Source of the DNA: Bilabrum cf. latius
Lineage: Eukaryota
Assembly (NCBI GenBank): GCA_965178125.1
Contig: OZ237738.1
Span: forward strand, 992,001-1,056,000
Reading direction: 5' to 3'
Length of the DNA stretch: 64,000 bases
Below are positions 11,311 through 24,600 of this stretch, piece by piece; within the stretch, counting starts at the first letter, position 1; the number at the start of each line of letters is the position of its first letter. Below the pieces are notes generated by a model, which saw only the letters and a list, made by a program, of their open reading frames with translations, made no database searches and had not been told where the DNA came from. The translations under genes and the position numbers were made by a program.

Positions 11311-14300
11311 TCAGTTGCCACGCAGGGCCGTCGCAAAGGTCTGCACGTATGTTGCGTATGCAGGCGCGTTTGTCCTCGCGAGATTCAGCAGCTGCGATCG
11401 AATCATCTGCCCAGTAGCAGGGTCTGCCTCCCCGCCCTCTGCCTGGGCCTGCTGCAGCAGCGCCATGGTGGTGCCCTCCACAAACTGCTGCAGCTGCGCG
11501 TCAGTCAGCGCCGGTGGGACATGCAGGAATGCATGGAGACCCGTCCCGGGGGGTGGGACCGTGTACGAGGTGTTGTAGCCGTAGTGCTTCCTGACTGGCA
11601 TGACAGCGGGCCAGTTCTCCTTGAGCAGCAGCGAGCCAGCAGGGGTGGGCTCCCCGCGGAACAGGGCGTCGATCTGGTCGTCTGTCATGGGCTCGTGCGA
11701 TGCGGGAGGCGTGCCCGGAGAATCTTGCTCCGTGGGCGCAGAGCTAGGCAAGGAGTCGCCATCAGCAGCAGCATACGAAGCAGCAGCCCCGCTCGCAGAC
11801 TCTCCCGCGCCCCCCTTGCCCTGCTTGCTCGCCCCATGTGCCTCCAGGAAGGGCCCCAGAGAGTCCTCAATTCCGAGCAGACCGCTCCTTGCGAGCACTG
11901 CCCTTGCCTGCCTCCTGGCCATCGACATCCACAAGGCTGGATTGCCGGCAAATGTGCCCGGGAGTCCTCCCTTTGTGGATCCATCCGCCCCCTGTGACTG
12001 CAAGTCTTCGGCCTCCTCCTCGTCTTCGTCGTTCGCATCGCTACCACGCTGGGTAGACGCTGCCTTCCCTGCCTGCATGGGCTGCTGACCCCCAGCACTC
12101 TACTTGCTCGGTGCAGCTGACTTCGTGCCCTTGGTCTGCTTTGTAGGTGTTGCAGACGGTGACTTGGAGCCGCTCCTTTTCTTCCCCTTGGCCTTGCCTC
12201 GCTTGCCCCGCCTGCCCCTGCGCGTGCTTCTCACTGCAGACCAGTCGTCATCATCGTCATCGTCTTCATCCTCCTCCTCCTCCTCTTCACTATCACGCAT
12301 TCCGTGGCCAGCCAGCCGAGAGGCACGGCTCTCCGCCTACCCGTCGCCCTCTGCCCCTTCGGCCCCCTCTGGCAGCTTCTCGCCGCCCCCCCCTGTGCCC
12401 TTCCAGCCCCTCATGGCACCCCGTCCAATCTCCTCGTAGGCCTGCTGGATGGCCCAGCCCATTGCCTGGGCCTGCGATGGGTAGATCACGCTGGATGGTG
12501 GGCCCACGATAGAAGCCGCTTGCTTGGCGGCAGGACCCACCATATCGTCCAGGTTGTATCCAAGCATGCCGCCGCACCGGACAGACTCGGCCACCAGCCG
12601 CACCATCTTGCGCTGCAGCATCTGCTTCCTCTGCAGGTGCCTCTTCTTGACCAGCTGCAGCCGCAGAGATTCCGCCCTCACAAAGGCCTTGGCTCGCACC
12701 CTTGCCAGCGGTGTGTCGAGCACCTCGCAGCAGGTGGGGCAGCACCACTCGGCGTCCATGTTCACGTCGTCCTCTGCGAGGCCCAGGCAGCTCAGGTGGT
12801 ACGCCTTGTTGCAGAAATCGCAGCATAGCAGGTCGCCCCCAGCCGCACACACCCCGCATGCCTCGTCGTGGAATTCAAGGTTCGTGAAGATCTCCTCCCT
12901 TCGCCTCTCCTTCCAGTGCGTGTGCTCCGGGTGCGCCTTCCACCAGGCATAAAAGAACCCGATGCACGCGTTCAAGGAGCGCTCTCTTCTGGCAGACACC
13001 AGCTCCTGCGCCTTGGCCTCGACAACGTCGAGGTAGTCTGGCTCGTCTGCCCATCCGCTGCCCGCTCTGCCGCTGAGGCGCCTCCCGTCCTTGGAGACCG
13101 GTCGCCGTGGAGGAAGGCCCAGGACCGCTCTGGCGTCATCCCTGGCCTGCCGCACCGCTGCCTTGCGCACGTCCTCGTAGACCGCCATGAAGTCCTTGCC
13201 GTGCTTCTCCAGAGCCACCCAGAAGCTGGCTGCCTCGGGAACGGTCCAAGTGCGCCACTCGTTCTCAGCCCTCTCGCCCAGCCATGCGCGCCGCCCAGTC
13301 ATGAGTGCCGACGCGCGCTCCTTGTCGTACCCCGATTCGTGGAGCGCTCTGAAGGCCCGCTCGCGGGCGTGTGGACGATACTGCTCCACAAATCCCTCCA
13401 GCCGCTGGCACTCGTCGCTCTCCGAATCCATCCACCCGGCCCGAGCTGCAGCCTCTGGGTCCCAGACCATTTCGCCTCCCCTCGGCCGCCTGTCCCCCTC
13501 GTCCTCATCGTCGCTGACACCGGCCAGCGGGTCTTCCGACAAGTCAGGGGCTAGCTCCTCCGCTGCTATGCGCGTGTCCAACTCTGTTCCAGTGGTAGGC
13601 ACGAACGACAGGCGGCCGAGGGAGGGCGCTGGCTAGGAAACAGATCCAGAAGAGGAGAAGGATGAGGAAGAGGACGACACTGGCCCGCTGCCGCCAGCCC
13701 TCCCGCTCGATGCACCATGGCTGCCGGCATATCCAGGCCCGGGCCTGCCGCCTACATACGCAGGCAAGTCGCTCTGGTACTTGTCCCCCACTGGAGGGTC
13801 CTTCTTCTTGACCACCTCGGAGGACCTGAAGCTGCGGACGATGCCCCGCACCACCTGGGCACGGGGCGCAGACCCAGTCCCGAGGCCTGAGCTCGCAAGC
13901 AGCCCCTGGGCCGCGCCTGCGTCCCTGGCTCGACCCAGCCCGTATCTCCTCCTCATCCTGTCCTGCTGCTTGTTGAAGTGGTGGCTAGCTGCCGCCATGG
14001 CAGCCGAGATGGGTCCGATGGCGGGCATGGGCTCGCCTAGATCGTAGAGGGCGCGGTATGCCATGGGCGTGAGGCCTGGAAGCAGCTTCTCGGGGACCTT
14101 GATGGACCTTCGGTGCAAGGTCGCGGCCCGTGGCTTGTGCGCCCGTGTGGAGCGGCGGGGCCTGTTCTTGCGCTTGGTCAGCGCACTGGCGATGGTAGAT
14201 GCAGCGCTGGCCGCCGCCCGTCTCTCCGTGCGTCTTCGCTTGGACGAGGGCTCATCGGTATCGTCCTCATGATCATCCTCATCCTGCTCTTCCTACCCGT

Positions 14301-15234
14301 CTTTCCCATCTTGCGCATCGTCACCATCGTCCCTCTCAGTTTCATTAGCTTGGCTGCCTGCAGCATCCGACCCCCCGCTGGTGTCAGCCTGGGTCGACCC
14401 AGCCCCAATGGCCGAGCCGCTGCCGGGTCCGACCTGGCGTGATTGAGGCAGCGTCGGCGGTATGGCGGTTGCCTACATGCCCCCCGCATCGTCGGCTGAT
14501 GAATGCGATACACTCCCTGCTGCATCTGTCTCCTTGCCAGCACCACCCATTGGATTGTGGGCACTGGCGCCGGTACTAGATTCACCTTCATCCCCTTCGC
14601 GATTCATTGTCGCACCGTGATCCTCCGTATCCTCGTCTTCGCCCCCGGGCATGCCAACCCTGACAGCCGCCTCGAAGCCTTCCGTTCGCTCCGTCTCCAG
14701 CGCGGAATCGGCTGCGACCATGATGCTATGGACGACACCGACCGAAAGTCGAGTGGAATGGGCTTCGGCTTTGATTGCCCGGAGGGCGGCCCTCTCTGCA
14801 GCCTGCCGCTCTGTTTGCACCCTGCTGTGTTTGATCAACCGCTGCCGCATCTCGTCAGCCGCTTCGCGCTGCGTGAGCGGACGCGCGCTTCGAATCCCTT
14901 CTTTTGTGTGCAAGGGCGGCACAAGCCTAAGCATATGCAGCGTCACGCTCGACGTGGCGCTCCTAAACAGTTGCAAGCGCTCCTTGATGGACAACCCTTC
15001 AAAACTTGTCCCGTTGACCCCGACGATGTAGTCCCCGCGTTGGATATTGCCGCATAGCTCTGCCAGACCAGAGCGCCCCGTCTCTGTGCGTGAGAATGAG
15101 TACACAACGCATTGGCCCTTCCTAATAAGCACATTCAAGTAGAGCGGACCGCGATACTTGGGAAACGCGACGCTGAAATAGATAGGCTGCGGCCGTGGGT
15201 CTGCCGGAGCAAGCGTCTCTCGCTGATAGTACAT
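11311..15234 (-). CDS. Chromatin regulator with PDZ, ELM2-SANT and PHD finger domains
   Basis: PDZ-like GLAELCGNIQRGDYIVGVNG; ELM2-like VGDKYQSDLP...MVWDP; SANT WTVPEAASFWVALEKHGKDF; PHD CGVC..GGDLLCCDFCNKAYHLSCL..WCCPTC. Five same-frame ORF fragments separated by TAG. Ends at TGA. Confidence 0.8.
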
Positions 15235-15406
15235 ACTATTAGGACGGCGTACTACGGTTAGATCCCAGGAGCTGGCACCGTTTGTCACCAGCAGACGGCT
15301 TTGACGCTGGGCACGATTCGCCTGTGGCTTAACGGAACCGAGGGGCGCCGCGCAATTGATGTGACGAGCGAAGGCTGCCAAGACTTGGATCCGTGGAAAC
15401 ACCTTG

Positions 15407-16204
15407 ATGTTTCGATCAACCTTGAGCCGTTGCTACCGTTTTGGCATCTCAAAGTCATCCAGGGAAGTAGCCACTACTAGGTTCCTGAAACAAGGCCAAG
15501 CACATTTTCAAAGCAGCAAACTACAGCAGTTTCTCATGTCCACGTCATCAGCAGCAAAGGCAGAGCCAAGAAGGATTAAAGTGTATACGAAGACAGGAGA
15601 CAAAGGGAAGTCCTCCCTTTATGACGGATCTCGCGCCGAGAAAGACGATAGGTTCTTCATGGCCCTTGGAGACGTTGACGAGCTGAACTCTTCTTTGGGA
15701 CTATGCTACGAGTACTGCAAGGCGGAGGGGAACGGGTTGGACACGGAGCTAACTGAAATACAGTCTAGGTTGTTTGATGTGGGCACGGCAGTGGCGACCC
15801 CATCAAAGCCTGAGGCAGCGCAGGAAAGACTGGATCGTGCCGCATTCGCTGACGATGCGACTACACTGCTCGAATCTCGGATTGATGCAATGGATGAGAG
15901 CCTCCCTCCGCTACGAAATTTCATTCTTCCGTCAGGTGGGCTAGCATCAGCCCATCTTCACGTAGCACGGACCGTGTGTAGGCGTGCAGAGCGCCGAGTG
16001 ACGGGTCTGGTGCGCGATGGCCTCGTGCAGCCGAGCGTGCAAAGGTACCTGAACAGGCTGTCAGACTACCTGTTCACAGCGGCGAGGTTCTCAGCGCAGC
16101 ATGCTAAGATGCCAGAAACTGTGTACAAGAAGGCAGCCGTTCCCTCCAAGGCACCGCCGGCGGAAGAAGCGAGCCCGGCTGCCGGAGGTGCGGACGGCAA
16201 CTGA
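15407..16204 (+). CDS. MMAB: ATP:cob(I)alamin adenosyltransferase (PduO/MMAB type), probably mitochondrial
   Basis: Motifs KVYTKTGDKGKSSL, GDVDELNS, FILPSGG, LHVARTVCRRAER, YLNRLSDYLFTAAR. Arg/Ser-rich N-terminal presequence. Confidence 0.93.
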   Translation: MFRSTLSRCYRFGISKSSREVATTRFLKQGQAHFQSSKLQQFLMSTSSAAKAEPRRIKVYTKTGDKGKSSLYDGSRAEKDDRFFMALGDVDELNSSLGLCYEYCKAEGNGLDTELTEIQSRLFDVGTAVATPSKPEAAQERLDRAAFADDATTLLESRIDAMDESLPPLRNFILPSGGLASAHLHVARTVCRRAERRVTGLVRDGLVQPSVQRYLNRLSDYLFTAARFSAQHAKMPETVYKKAAVPSKAPPAEEASPAAGGADGN

Positions 16205-16462
16205 GCGGCAGCCTGATGAGGAAAGCTACCAAGGCACGCTGTGTGCTGGTATGGCAGACCATGACTAGATTAGGCATCAAGACAAAATGCATTGTTTGGC
16301 TTGACTAGACAGACACCACCAAGGTTTATGCAAAAAACAGATCACATCACGTGGATCATATCCCGAGAACGAACAGTCACTTGGCAACGCACGCATCACA
16401 CGGGGCGGCTTTCGTTCTGCCCGTTCTCGGGCCGCACAGGCCCGCGCACGGCGATCGTTCGT

Positions 16463-18661
16463 ATGGCAGCCTCAGGAGCGGGATCATCACTCGCTATTCC
16501 AGATGTCAGTGCGACATCCCTGCGAGAAGTGCTGAACCAAGGTGAGGCGGCCTCATCCCTGTTTCGCAAGGTTGGCGAGGATGACACCATCAAGGTCGCT
16601 TTGCGGATCCGTCCGCTGAACAAGTTGGAGATCGAAAAAAGCAAAGGTAAACCAGAACCGTTCATGAAGGCAACAAGTAGGAAGCAGGTAGAGGTACAAG
16701 ATCGGCACGGCGGGGAGCGATATTTTGGATTCGACCGCGTGATGGACACAAGCACAAGCCAGGATCACGTGTATGAAGAGGTGGGAAGGCCAATGGTTGA
16801 CGCGCTTTTGCAAGGTGAGTTTGCTAGGTGCATGTATGCGCGGCAGTGAGCAAATGGTTCGTGCACCCTTACCGCAGCGTTCCGCGCTAGTCGCTTGCAT
16901 CGCAGGTATTAACGCATGCATCATGGCATACGGTCAGACAGGGTCTGGCAAAACATTCACGGTCAGCGGTACTGCGGATGCTCCAGGGTTAGCCCCGAGG
17001 TTGACGCGAGATCTGTTCAAGCGGCTGCATGCCTCGACGCGGCCGTTCGATGTGCGCCTGGGCGCCGTGGAGATATTCTAGAACCGAGTCTACGACTTAT
17101 TTGCGGTATCCAAAGAACCACTGGGTGTATCGTACGACGAAGTGAGCGGCGTGTCTGTCGGCGGGGCCCGCATGACCCCCGTTTACTCTGGCGGCAAGGC
17201 CGAGGCCATGCTGGAGGAGGCAGCCACGAATCGGACCGTGTACGCCACGAAGATGAACCACGTGTCATCTCGATCGCATGCAATCTATGTCATGAATGTG
17301 GCCGTAAAGTCAGCTGCGGGCGCAGTCCGTAGAGGTGAGCATGGCCTGTCTAGAGCAGCTGCTTGCTCGAACAGTGTTGCCGCCCCTGTGCTATTGCAGC
17401 CGTCCGCTCAATCGTCCAACCCTAGACTTAGTATGTGCCGCATTTTGCAGGGTAGCTGTACATTGTGGATCTGGCCGGATCGGAGAGCGTCAGCAAGACG
17501 GGAGCCGAGGGGGATCGCCTGGAGGAGGCCAAGTTCATCAACGTGAGCCTCCTGTATCTGAGCAGGGTCATTCGGGCCCTGGTGGAGAAGAGCAAGCACG
17601 TCCCGTACAGGGACTCTTGCCTCACGATGCTCCTCCGTAACTGCATCGGGGGAAACGCCCGCACTGTTCTTCTAGTCAACGCGAGCCCCAGCCCGTGGAA
17701 CTACGCCGAAAGCATGTCTGCCATCCGGTTCGGGCAGAATGCTTCAAAGATCAAGAATACCGCACTGAAGAACGAGTAGCTGGCGGACGAGGAGCTGGAG
17801 GGTGCCCTGGCCAGTTTGACCACCAAGGTGCACTCGAACCAGACGCTCCTGGTCCAGTGTGAGGCCGCCATGCGGAACTTCAAGGCATTGTTCCGGGAGC
17901 TGGGCATGTCGCCGGAGGAGATCGAAATGCTGGCAGACGGGGCGGACGAGGAGGTGGAGGCGGCCAGGCAGAGGGCCGAGTACGCGAGCGAGCTGGCGAG
18001 GCAGAAGACTCTGGATGACGAGGCCATCAGCAGCAGCGGGGCAGTGCCGAGGGCCGGTGGGAGGGGCGACGAGGCTGCAGCATCAGCAGCAGCAGCTAGT
18101 GCTGGAAGCAAAGGGTATGGCGCCGGTGGAGCGGCTGCAAGTGGCTCCGGGGCGGCGTCTGGCGCGGGAGATGCGGGGGGTGCGGTGGGCGCGGATCCCG
18201 GGCACGATGGGGCATGGGGTCTCGAGGCCACGGGGGCGGTGGGGGCTGCCGATGGCCGGGAGCGGGAGCGGTCTGGATCTCAGGGCAGCGAGGGCAGTGT
18301 GGGCCGGACGCTGTCGAGCAGGAACGGGGCCAGGCTGCAGGAGCTCATTGATGACCCCATGGAGGGGGGAAGCCCCCCCAGGCTATCCGGGGGCGGGTCC
18401 GGGGTGCCAGCCGGTGGCATCGTGCCAGGTCGGGGGCGTGCGGGGGCCGCCGTCTCGTCTGCCGCCGGGGCCGGGGCGGGCGGTGGTGCGTCACCAGCAC
18501 GTCCTCCTCGAGTGCACCGCGGTGGTGGGAGGGCGGCACTACCCCAGGTGGGGGGAGGGATGGACGGGGTGGTGGAGGACATGCGGGGGGATGGAGACGG
18601 TGGCGCTGCTGAGGACCTGCCGAGCTTTGCTGCCCCCCTGCTGACGAGACAAACCAGTTGA
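16463..18661 (+). CDS. Kinesin motor protein, 3 exons
   Basis: Motifs KVALRIRP, FGFDRV, AYGQTGSGKTFT, MNHVSSRSHAI, VDLAGSE, HVPYRDSCLT. Introns at 16815-16905 and 17335-17450. TAG at 17079, 17453 and 17777. Confidence 0.9.
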
Positions 18662-18785
18662 CGGCCGTGTGCATGCATTGAATACACATGATTAACGTAG
18701 GAGTGCACGGAAGCGTGGATTAATTGGACTCATTGAACTCATTGTAGCCTGCAGGTAGCCTGCAACACGCCCACCCGACTTCGGC

Positions 18786-19666
18786 TTACACCTCGTTCGA
18801 TACCCTATTAAACTGATTACTGGCCTACCCTCTGGCTTCCCGGGCGCCCGCCTCTACATCGTCTCGCGATTTCTCAAAAGCATTCTATATGCCAAACTCC
18901 GTGAAGCGAGACAGCCTCAGGTTGGCACTCTGCAAGAAGTTGCCGTTGGCGTCTGTCCCCGTCCATCCGACGTACAGCTTCAAATCGCAATTGGCGTTGT
19001 CGGCACCGCACTCATCTTCTGTCGTTTCGCAAGAGCGAAAGCCCTGCTCCTGGTCTAGCGATCCAGCCGTGGCATTGTACTAATTCTGCACGCAGCCCTT
19101 GCCGTCGCAGAGGTCGCACCCCTCGTCAAACGTCACGGATTCAGGCACGCCGTCGATCATCTGAATCAATACAGTGTACACATTGATTCGCTTTGTCACC
19201 GATACCGCACCGGTGCTGCTGTTGGTAAACTCCACAAACACCTTGCTCCGAGACCTTGCGCTGAAGCTCTGGACATCGAACGTGATGGCGTAATCCTAGC
19301 CCGCGCTCCCCTGTGAAACCCATCCTCCACCTACTTCGTAATAGCCTGATGCATCCGGCAAGGCATCCGCACCTGCGGATATGAAAGGAGGCTTGTCTTG
19401 CTTGGAGCCCGCATCAATCACGGAAATATTGCTGCACATGGCGAATCAGGCGCTCTCTCACTATTATCGATTGTAATAAGGCTAAAATCATCCAGCTTTG
19501 GAGTAAAAAGGGCCCGTCTTCTCCCGTTGAACGTGATACAAACGTACGTTGTCTCTCCAATCTCCTGAGCGCCACTGCCTCCGGTGCCGCATACGGCGGC
19601 AGCTGGAGGCTCCACCTAGCCGAGCACAGATGATATCGATGCAATGACGGCGATACGGTACAGCAT
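18786..19666 (-). CDS. Secreted Cys-containing hypothetical protein, 2 exons
   Basis: Signal peptide MLYRIAVIASISSVLG followed by TAG. Intron at 19373-19461. Exon 2 is open for 194 codons if TAG (19296, 19080, 18885, 18825) is sense and contains CDLKLYVGWTGTDANGNFLQSANLRLSRF. Ends at TAA. Confidence 0.75.
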
Positions 19667-19878
19667 GATGGATCAGTGGCCTCTTTTCCCGAACGTTGCC
19701 GGAGACTGCGGTGGTAGGGTGCTGTCGCGGCGCCGCGCATAAAAATCCGACTTCAAGTCGGCGCGATCCAAGAACTGGCGTAGCGGAATCTACCACAAGG
19801 CCCGGAGGAAGACTTGGAGCCTTACTGCTCGAGAAAGTCGCAAAAGCCGATACTTGTGGATGACCTTGTCGTCTTGAG

Positions 19879-21088
19879 ATGGCAAGCAGTGGCGGAGGCG
19901 ATAATCTTGGCAGGTCACGGTCCACCCGCTCGATGGTGCTTAAGAGACGGCTAGCGATGCTAGGCTTCAAGGGCGTCGGTGAGTGTTGGGTGTGCGTGCG
20001 CAGCAAGAGCGATTCGGCGGCAGATACTACCTGTCGATGCGAAACATCGCAGGCCGTGATGTGGGCATGCACCCGCTGCCGCGTCCGTTGTCGACCTCTG
20101 TGTTGCATTCACACTTCTTTACGTTGTGGCGCAGGCAAGTCCTCAATCACAAGACGATTCGTAGAATAGACTTTTGATGATACGTACGAGCCAACCATTC
20201 TTGGTACCTACAGACGGGAGTTCACCGTGCGTGGAGCGAAAGTCGAGGCTGAAATTGTTGATACTGCAGGCATAGATGAGAGCAGCCGCATCCCAAAGGA
20301 TGCCGCAGTCGGCGTTCACGGCTATGTGCTAGTGTACGACGTTACCAACCGGGTCAGCTTTGAGCAGGTGAGCCTTGGTGCGTGCAAATGGAGTGATCAT
20401 GTGATAGCGTTGCTGGAACAGTGGTGGCGACTTGCAGCACAAGCAGTCAGCGTACTGCTAGAAACATGTTTGCAATTGTGCACGTACAGCATACCATGCA
20501 GTGGTTCTTGGCGGTGGAAGGCCTCGCCACAGCTCTCCGCTGGCACTGCCTGCAGCAGCCTTGCCTCCGGTCCCGCCTCCGGCATCGGCCCGGCAGTTCG
20601 ACTGTGCCGGTTTTGCTCCACATTAGGCCCAAGTATCCGCTCGTAGACCACACCATCTCAAGGGAACTACCACAGCATGACAGCCGCGGTTTACTTTCGG
20701 CCTGAGCTCCCCGCCACTTTCTCCACGCGCGCAGGTATCACATATCAACGACATGTTGCTCGACACGGTCGGAGCAGACGCCGTCCCACGGGTGCTCGTA
20801 GCGAATAAAGCAGACCTTGAGGCAGACGTTGCCGTGGGAAAGGCAGAGGGGCAGCGGCTGGCAACTGAGCTGGGCTGCCCCTTCCTGTACATGTCGGCGA
20901 GGACCGATGGCGATGTCAGCCTCGACAGCGTCTTTCAGACCCTGCTGCTTGAAGTTGATGGAGAAAACGGAAGTGGGGTCCTACCGGACGTCTCCAAGGA
21001 GGCGGCGTAGCCCCCTTCGCAAGGTGGCTCTGCCGGTGCTAACAAGGCTAGCTCCGGCTCCGGCGGAGGTATCTGCATGATTCTGTGA
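19879..21088 (+). CDS. RHEB: Rheb-like Ras-family small GTPase, 3 exons
   Basis: Motifs MLGFKGVG|KSS, YEPTI, DTAG, GVHGYVLVY, VANKADL, MSAR. Introns at 19979-20134 and 20368-20734. TAG at 20167 and 21008. C-terminal CaaX CMIL then TGA. Confidence 0.88.
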
Positions 21089-21221
21089 TGAGCCGTTCCT
21101 TATTGAAGGCTCTCAAGTGCTCTGCAGTGGCGTATGTGCGGTCCAGAAGCGTTCGCATGCGATGAACAGGAATATATCCAGATTTTACAACCTTCTGAAG
21201 TACGTCGGATGCAATGATATC

Positions 21222-21476
21222 TTACGCCTGTATTCCACTGATTTGCGTCTAAGTCACGAGAGCACCGATCACTATCTCATTTCTGAGTTCATCCAGCGCA
21301 TCATCTAGCCTGTCAACATCCTTCTCGAGGCGCGAGGTGGCCTTCTCTGTTCTAACGGTTGCACGCGCCGCCGGATCCCCCATTTTGCCTGATGATTGAC
21401 CTACTGCTGCCCTAGCAGCTGCATACGTCCTTGCACTAGGGTACTCTCTTTCAAACCGAAGCCTGGCGGTTGACAT
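21222..21476 (-). CDS. Small hypothetical coiled-coil protein
   Basis: About 84 aa with heptad-like RLEKDVDRLDDALDELRNE. One TAG at 21249. Ends at TAA. No recognisable family. Confidence 0.4.
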
Positions 21477-21633
21477 GCGATGTCGCGTAGAGGATGGTAT
21501 TGGCATGCAAGCCGCCCCAAGTTTTGAACGTTTTGACCTACCCACAGTGGACTGCACCTTCCATCGACGCCCAAATCGAACCTGTATCGCCTTGTGTTCG
21601 CTGTGATATCACTATAGTAACATTAGCACCCAA

Positions 21634-24600
21634 TCACAGTCGCGTTTCAAACGAGTAGAAGCCACTCAGAGTGCGCACTTTCACGAAGTCCCCCTCGGCC
21701 TCCGCACTCAGCACCCCGGGTGAGGCACCCGGCTGGAATGCCCCATGCGACCAGATGATGTTGCCCATGTCTGTGACCACCATATCATCGGGGATGCCCG
21801 ACCCCGCCTCGGGTCGAGGGACGTACACGACTCCCGTGCTTGTGGGCGGGATCGTCACGCGCACGCTCACCGCACCGCTGGCTGCCGCGCCGCTGGTCCC
21901 ATTACCGCGCTCCCAATAGGCCATCACGCTGCCGCGAGACGAGGCCAGCGTGACCCTGGCCCCCAGCACATTCTGCTGCTTCCCAGTCGACAGGGCTGCC
22001 TCGGGCTTCACTTCCACCACGGCCCAGCCAGCCGAGGTGGGGTCGCTGCACGCACCCTCTGCCTCTGCTGACTTCAAGCACCGCGGCATGTCCAGGCCCA
22101 CCACGTGCTTCCGGAGGAAACTGGCGATGTTGGTCTGGTAGTGGTGCGAACGGGATGACTCGGCCACCCACTGGCGGGTCGTGTCACCGTTCCAAGACTC
22201 CCACAGAGAGGTGGAGGGCTCGAACGCGTTGAACACCTGGTACCCATACCCAGGGTACTTGGTGCGGAGCAGCGCCTGTACCGCCGCCCCCGTGCGATTG
22301 GACCACACCAGCGCCTCGAAGATGTAGCTCGCGCCAAGGAAGCCCACCGTCACGCCGTTCTGCAGCAGGTCGGCAGCGAGGGAGTCGGCGACCGAGCCGC
22401 GGGTGGACTCGGGAACGGCGCCCAGCCACAGTGCTATGGCCTGAGCAGTCTGCGAGCCCACGCTGCAGGTACCGTTGGAAGCATGCCAGAACGTGCTCGT
22501 GAACTCAGCCAGAGCATCTCGGGCCGCCAGCTGGAAGGCTTGCTCCTCTGCGGTCTTGCCCAGGGCTGCAGACAGCTCCGCCGCGTACCGCAGGTCTCGA
22601 ATGAAGGATGCAGACGCCGTGACCTCGCACGGAGTGTGTGCGAGGCTCTGATGGTCCCCCCACAGGCAGTAGATGTGTGCCATCCCACTGGCCTTCACGC
22701 TGGCTTGGAGCGTGCCCATGTACTGCAGCAGGAGGTCGTAGTGCTGGGCGACGGCCCCCGTGTCGTTCGTGTACCTCCACGCGTTCCACAGGATGGTGGG
22801 GAACACGGTGTTCCAGGAAGGGTCCATGCTCGCCCCGGAGCAAGTGCTCGGGTCGTTCCAGTCCGACATGCCGTCCCTGTCCGGGTCCGACATGGGTATG
22901 CTATGCGGTATGGTGCCATCGGACCAGCATGCCACGTCGTGGATTTGCTCCAGGTACTGGCTGAACAGAGCACCCGTGTCAAAGTCGAAGAACTCTTGCT
23001 CGGAGGCGATGGCGGCGTCCCCGGTCCACCCGCCCCGCTCCCCGCGCCCTGCGGCCCCGCTGGGAATCCCCATGAGCCCGCTGGCCTCTGTCCACCAGGA
23101 GTTGTTGTAGATGCGCTGCAGGGTCGGGTGGGCGATCCGCACGTCGGACTACTCGGCTGCGTCAGTCCTGACGTTGATCCCGAGGAGGGTGCTGCGGTTG
23201 ATCTGCGCCGCGATCGCAGCCGGCAGCGGTGGGGACGCGCTGAGCTCGACGTACCGGAACCCGTGGAAGGAGAACCTGGTTTCGTACGAGGCAGGCGCGG
23301 ACTCCCCTGCGAGTCCAGTCTGGTACACGTCGATGGGGCGCGCCCAGAAGAGATTCCCAGTATATGCGCTGCCGTCATACTGGGCAACCACGTCTGTGGA
23401 CTTACCGTTGACCACCTGCTTTAGGGGCGGGTGTCCCAGCACCTCTGTGTGACTCAACGTGATGTTGGTGCCCGCCGGGATCCCCGCGGGCAGAGCCAGC
23501 CTCACGTGTCCAGAGAACTCCTAGCCGAAATCGAAGGTCCATCGCGGAGGATTCGCGGGGGCCGAGGCACCTGGCTTGGCAAGCACCCGTCGCACGGTAA
23601 GCGGCTGCATCTCACGCACTGCTCGAATGGGCTGCTGCATCTGCGACTGTAACCACGGCTGGCCCGGTGACCCGGGAACGCCGCCGGGAACTGGCACTGC
23701 CGGGGCCCAGGCCCGCCCGGGCAAAGGCTTGAAGTCCGTGGTGGCCCAGCCCGGCTGTTCCCAGTCCGCGATGTAGTACTCGCCGTTGTAGGCCGACTCA
23801 TACGAGAGCGGGCTCTGCCCATGCTCCCAGCTCCCGTCCGTCACCACCGCCAGAACCGGTACCTAGCTCCCGTTGGACGCGTGTGCTGCCAGACGCAGGA
23901 TGGCCTGTCTCGTGCCCGTGTTGTTGGGGGCTGCGCGCGCTTCCCCGCAGAAGCCCTGTCCCACCCACAGGCCAAGAGCGTGCTTGCCCGGTGTCAGAGT
24001 GGAGGGGTCCAACGAGTACGTGGCGTAGGTTCGATTCCGGTTGAACCGGGTCCAAGTCACATCCAGTTGCCTGTCCCCCACCCTGGCCCCATCCAGGTAC
24101 AGCTCGTAGTACTGGCACGCCCCCACGAATATGGACACTCTGCCGATGTCCAGGCCGGCAGGCACGTCGAACTCCTTGCGAAGGAGACCCCCGCTGCAGT
24201 TCCCGAACCCAAGGGCGGTGTGCTCCACCATGGCAGGCGCCGTGCACGCCCCCGCATGCACCCAGCGGGCCGGCGCCCACTCGCTGTGGGATAGCAGCCC
24301 AGTGGTGAAATGCGCAGGGTCTGATGTGTACGCTGTTGCCGCTGCGAATCCGCCCACTGGATGCTGGTTGGGCTGCAGGGCCGGGGGGGCGGCGCCTCGA
24401 GGAAGAGAACCTGAAGGAGCCACGGGGCTACCCTGCCACACCGTCACTGTCCAGTAGTACGACTGGTCGGAAGACAGCGGGAGGTTGCCGTCGGGCCGAA
24501 ACACCGGATTGCTTGAGCCGTTCACGATGCCCGATGTCCAGACAAGCGATCCGGTCGAGTTGCTCATGACGCGGACCTGAAACGCGGTCTGTGCGTCTTG

